Source: an uncultured Gemmataceae bacterium (lineage in GTDB: Bacteria > Planctomycetota > Planctomycetia > Gemmatales > Gemmataceae). From it: DNA of 64,000 bases. A program made the position numbers and the translations under genes. How positions within the stretch are numbered: the first letter of the stretch is position 1; each line of letters begins with the position of its first letter. The notes below the pieces were generated by a model. That model was not told where the DNA came from. It saw nothing but the letters and a program-made list of their open reading frames with translations, and made no database searches. This document shows, in pieces, positions 58,522-64,000 of the stretch. Location: contig CAVVPN010000003.1 in assembly GCA_963750165.1 (NCBI GenBank), positions 2,976,001-3,040,000 of the forward strand. The letters run 5' to 3'.

Positions 58522-59913
58522 CTATTTCTTGCAGGAGTCCGCCACTTCCAGGCGGTCGTCCTGCACCAGCCCCGCCACGTCGGTCACGCTCCGCCACAGC
58601 TCGCCCAGCGCCTGCGTGTACACCAGCTTCGCCTGGCTCAGAATCACCTGCGCCTGCAGCACCGCCGTGTAGTCGAAGCGGGCTTCGCCCTTATCGTAGC
58701 CCAGTCGCACCAGCTGCAGCGACTTCTCCGCGTCCGGCAAAATCCGGCTGCGGTACGCCTCCACCTGCTGCCGCGCTGCCAGGTAGCGCTGGTACGCGAC
58801 GTTCAGCCGCTCGCCCAACCGCAGTTCCACGGTGCGTACGTCCGCAGCGGTGCGGTGGATGTCCGCCTGGGCGGCGGTGATGTTGCCCTGGTTGCGGTTG
58901 AAAAACGGCATGTAGCCGCCGACCTCGACCATCAACTCCATGTTGCGCTCGGGGGCGGCGTACATCGGACGCACCTGCACGAGCACGTTCGGGATCGGCT
59001 CCACCTTGGCCCGCCGCCACAGCCCTTCCGCCAGGCGGTTCAGCGCCTGCGCCTCCTGGATTTCCGAGGAGCGCACCATCACCGTGTCCACCAGCGGCTG
59101 CCAGTCGAAGTCCGGCGATGGGCTGTCCAGGCGGCCGGCCAACTCGCCATACTCCAGCCGCGGCAGCCCGACCGACAGCGTCAGCTGCCGCCACGACGCC
59201 TCGGCCCGGCGCTGGGCCACGCCCAGGCGGATGTTGCTTTGCTCCAGCTCGACCCGGGCCCGCAGTACGTCCGGCTCCGTCCCCTGGCCCTTCTTTCGCA
59301 GCATCACCGCCGCCTCGTAGCCGTCGGTGGACAGCTTGACGATCTCCTGGTACGCCCGCACCTCCTGCTGGGCCGTCAGCACATCGACATACGACAGCCG
59401 CAGCCGGGTCAGCACGTCGAACCAGCGCGTGATCGCTTGCCAGTCCATCGCGGCGACGCCGTGGGCCTGCGCCTCCCGGGCCAGCTTGAGCTTGTTCGCC
59501 GTGACGATTTCCTGCGTGACCGTCATGGCGAGGAAGCCGAGTGAGCCCTGCGGGTTACCGATCTCGTCGCTACGCATGGACACGTAAGGGTTGGGGTAGA
59601 GCCCAGCCTGGACGAGCTTGCCGCGGGCGAAGTCGGCGCAGGCGCGGGCGGCGGCCAGTTCGGGATAATTCGCGGAGGCCAGGGCGATCAGGTCCGGCAG
59701 GGTGTAACGCGGCGCTGCGGCCGGCGGCATCACCGTGAACGGCAGGGCGTCCTGGGCGAGCTGCGGCGGTGCCAGGGGTAGGGCAACCGGCGTCACCGCG
59801 TCGGGGATCGGCGGCAGCAGTTTCGCCACGGGCGCGGCCTGATCCTGGCCGCGGGCGCTGACCGCGGCGCTGCACAGCGTCAGGATGAGCAAGATAAGTC
59901 GGGTGGTGTGCAT
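58522..59913 (-). CDS. TolC/CzcC family outer-membrane efflux protein
   Basis: Signal peptide; QAGLYPNP, QEIVTANKLKL, FNRNQGNI..A, GYDKGE. Confidence 0.88.
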   Translation of the reverse strand: MHTTRLILLILTLCSAAVSARGQDQAAPVAKLLPPIPDAVTPVALPLAPPQLAQDALPFTVMPPAAAPRYTLPDLIALASANYPELAAARACADFARGKLVQAGLYPNPYVSMRSDEIGNPQGSLGFLAMTVTQEIVTANKLKLAREAQAHGVAAMDWQAITRWFDVLTRLRLSYVDVLTAQQEVRAYQEIVKLSTDGYEAAVMLRKKGQGTEPDVLRARVELEQSNIRLGVAQRRAEASWRQLTLSVGLPRLEYGELAGRLDSPSPDFDWQPLVDTVMVRSSEIQEAQALNRLAEGLWRRAKVEPIPNVLVQVRPMYAAPERNMELMVEVGGYMPFFNRNQGNITAAQADIHRTAADVRTVELRLGERLNVAYQRYLAARQQVEAYRSRILPDAEKSLQLVRLGYDKGEARFDYTAVLQAQVILSQAKLVYTQALGELWRSVTDVAGLVQDDRLEVADSCKK

Positions 59914-60193
59914 GAAGTCCCCCGCCGCAGGACAACGGTTCCCCTCTGTCTTTTCGGCAGACGGCGGGGTGCGCGATGAGGAAAACTTTGCGGTCTTTGC
60001 AGGTTGTGCGGGGGAGTGTCTCTGGTCGAAAAATGCGCACCCGGTTGCGAATGCTGCTCGGAGCGGACGCGGAACCTAATTCCCGACCACAATGGCGCCG
60101 GTCGTCCCAGCGCGGCCCATTTTTTCCTATCGATGGAAAGGCCCTCTTGATAGTCTGGGGTAAGATCGTCTCCACACCCAGAGGCCCCTGAGC

Positions 60194-64000
<3,807 letters not shown>

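Overview
GC-rich bacterial chromosome segment, very likely a planctomycete of the Gemmataceae type. The markers are LExLExR planctomycete extracellular N-termini, DUF1559, DUF1501 and DUF1549/1553 genes, and several Ser/Thr kinases. The window opens with a >4,400-aa secreted multidomain protein (minus strand, running off the left edge) whose visible C-terminal part carries cohesin-dockerin-cohesin-cohesin-like modules. Next come a DUF1559 pair, two TPR-like proteins, RNase P RNA, clpS and a TetR gene. A DUF1553/DUF1501/WD40 cluster is split by a ~6.7-kb accessory block holding an aspartyl-protease gene pair, a complete ISKra4-like IS with a 9-bp target duplication, a broken kinase-TPR-PPC gene, an ISAs1 remnant and an orphan Rpn-like C-terminal mini-gene. 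The right half holds PP2C, a secreted Pro-rich gene interrupted by an in-frame UGA in a U-G-P-G-G-C context, PilZ, tartrate dehydrogenase, a CE15 esterase, two DUF4214-like paralogs sharing a C-terminal DYNTYW motif and an upstream motif, an ECF sigma/kinase pair, DUF3419 plus an isoprenoid-kinase-like gene, split eukaryote-like coaB/coaC, LPS genes, smpB, tolC and a final kinase running off the right edge. Intergenic spaces hold many distinct REP-like palindromes and three copies of a 230-300-bp MITE-like element. Several genes carry frameshifts that may be assembly errors. All family assignments are by eye from motifs; no database search was run.
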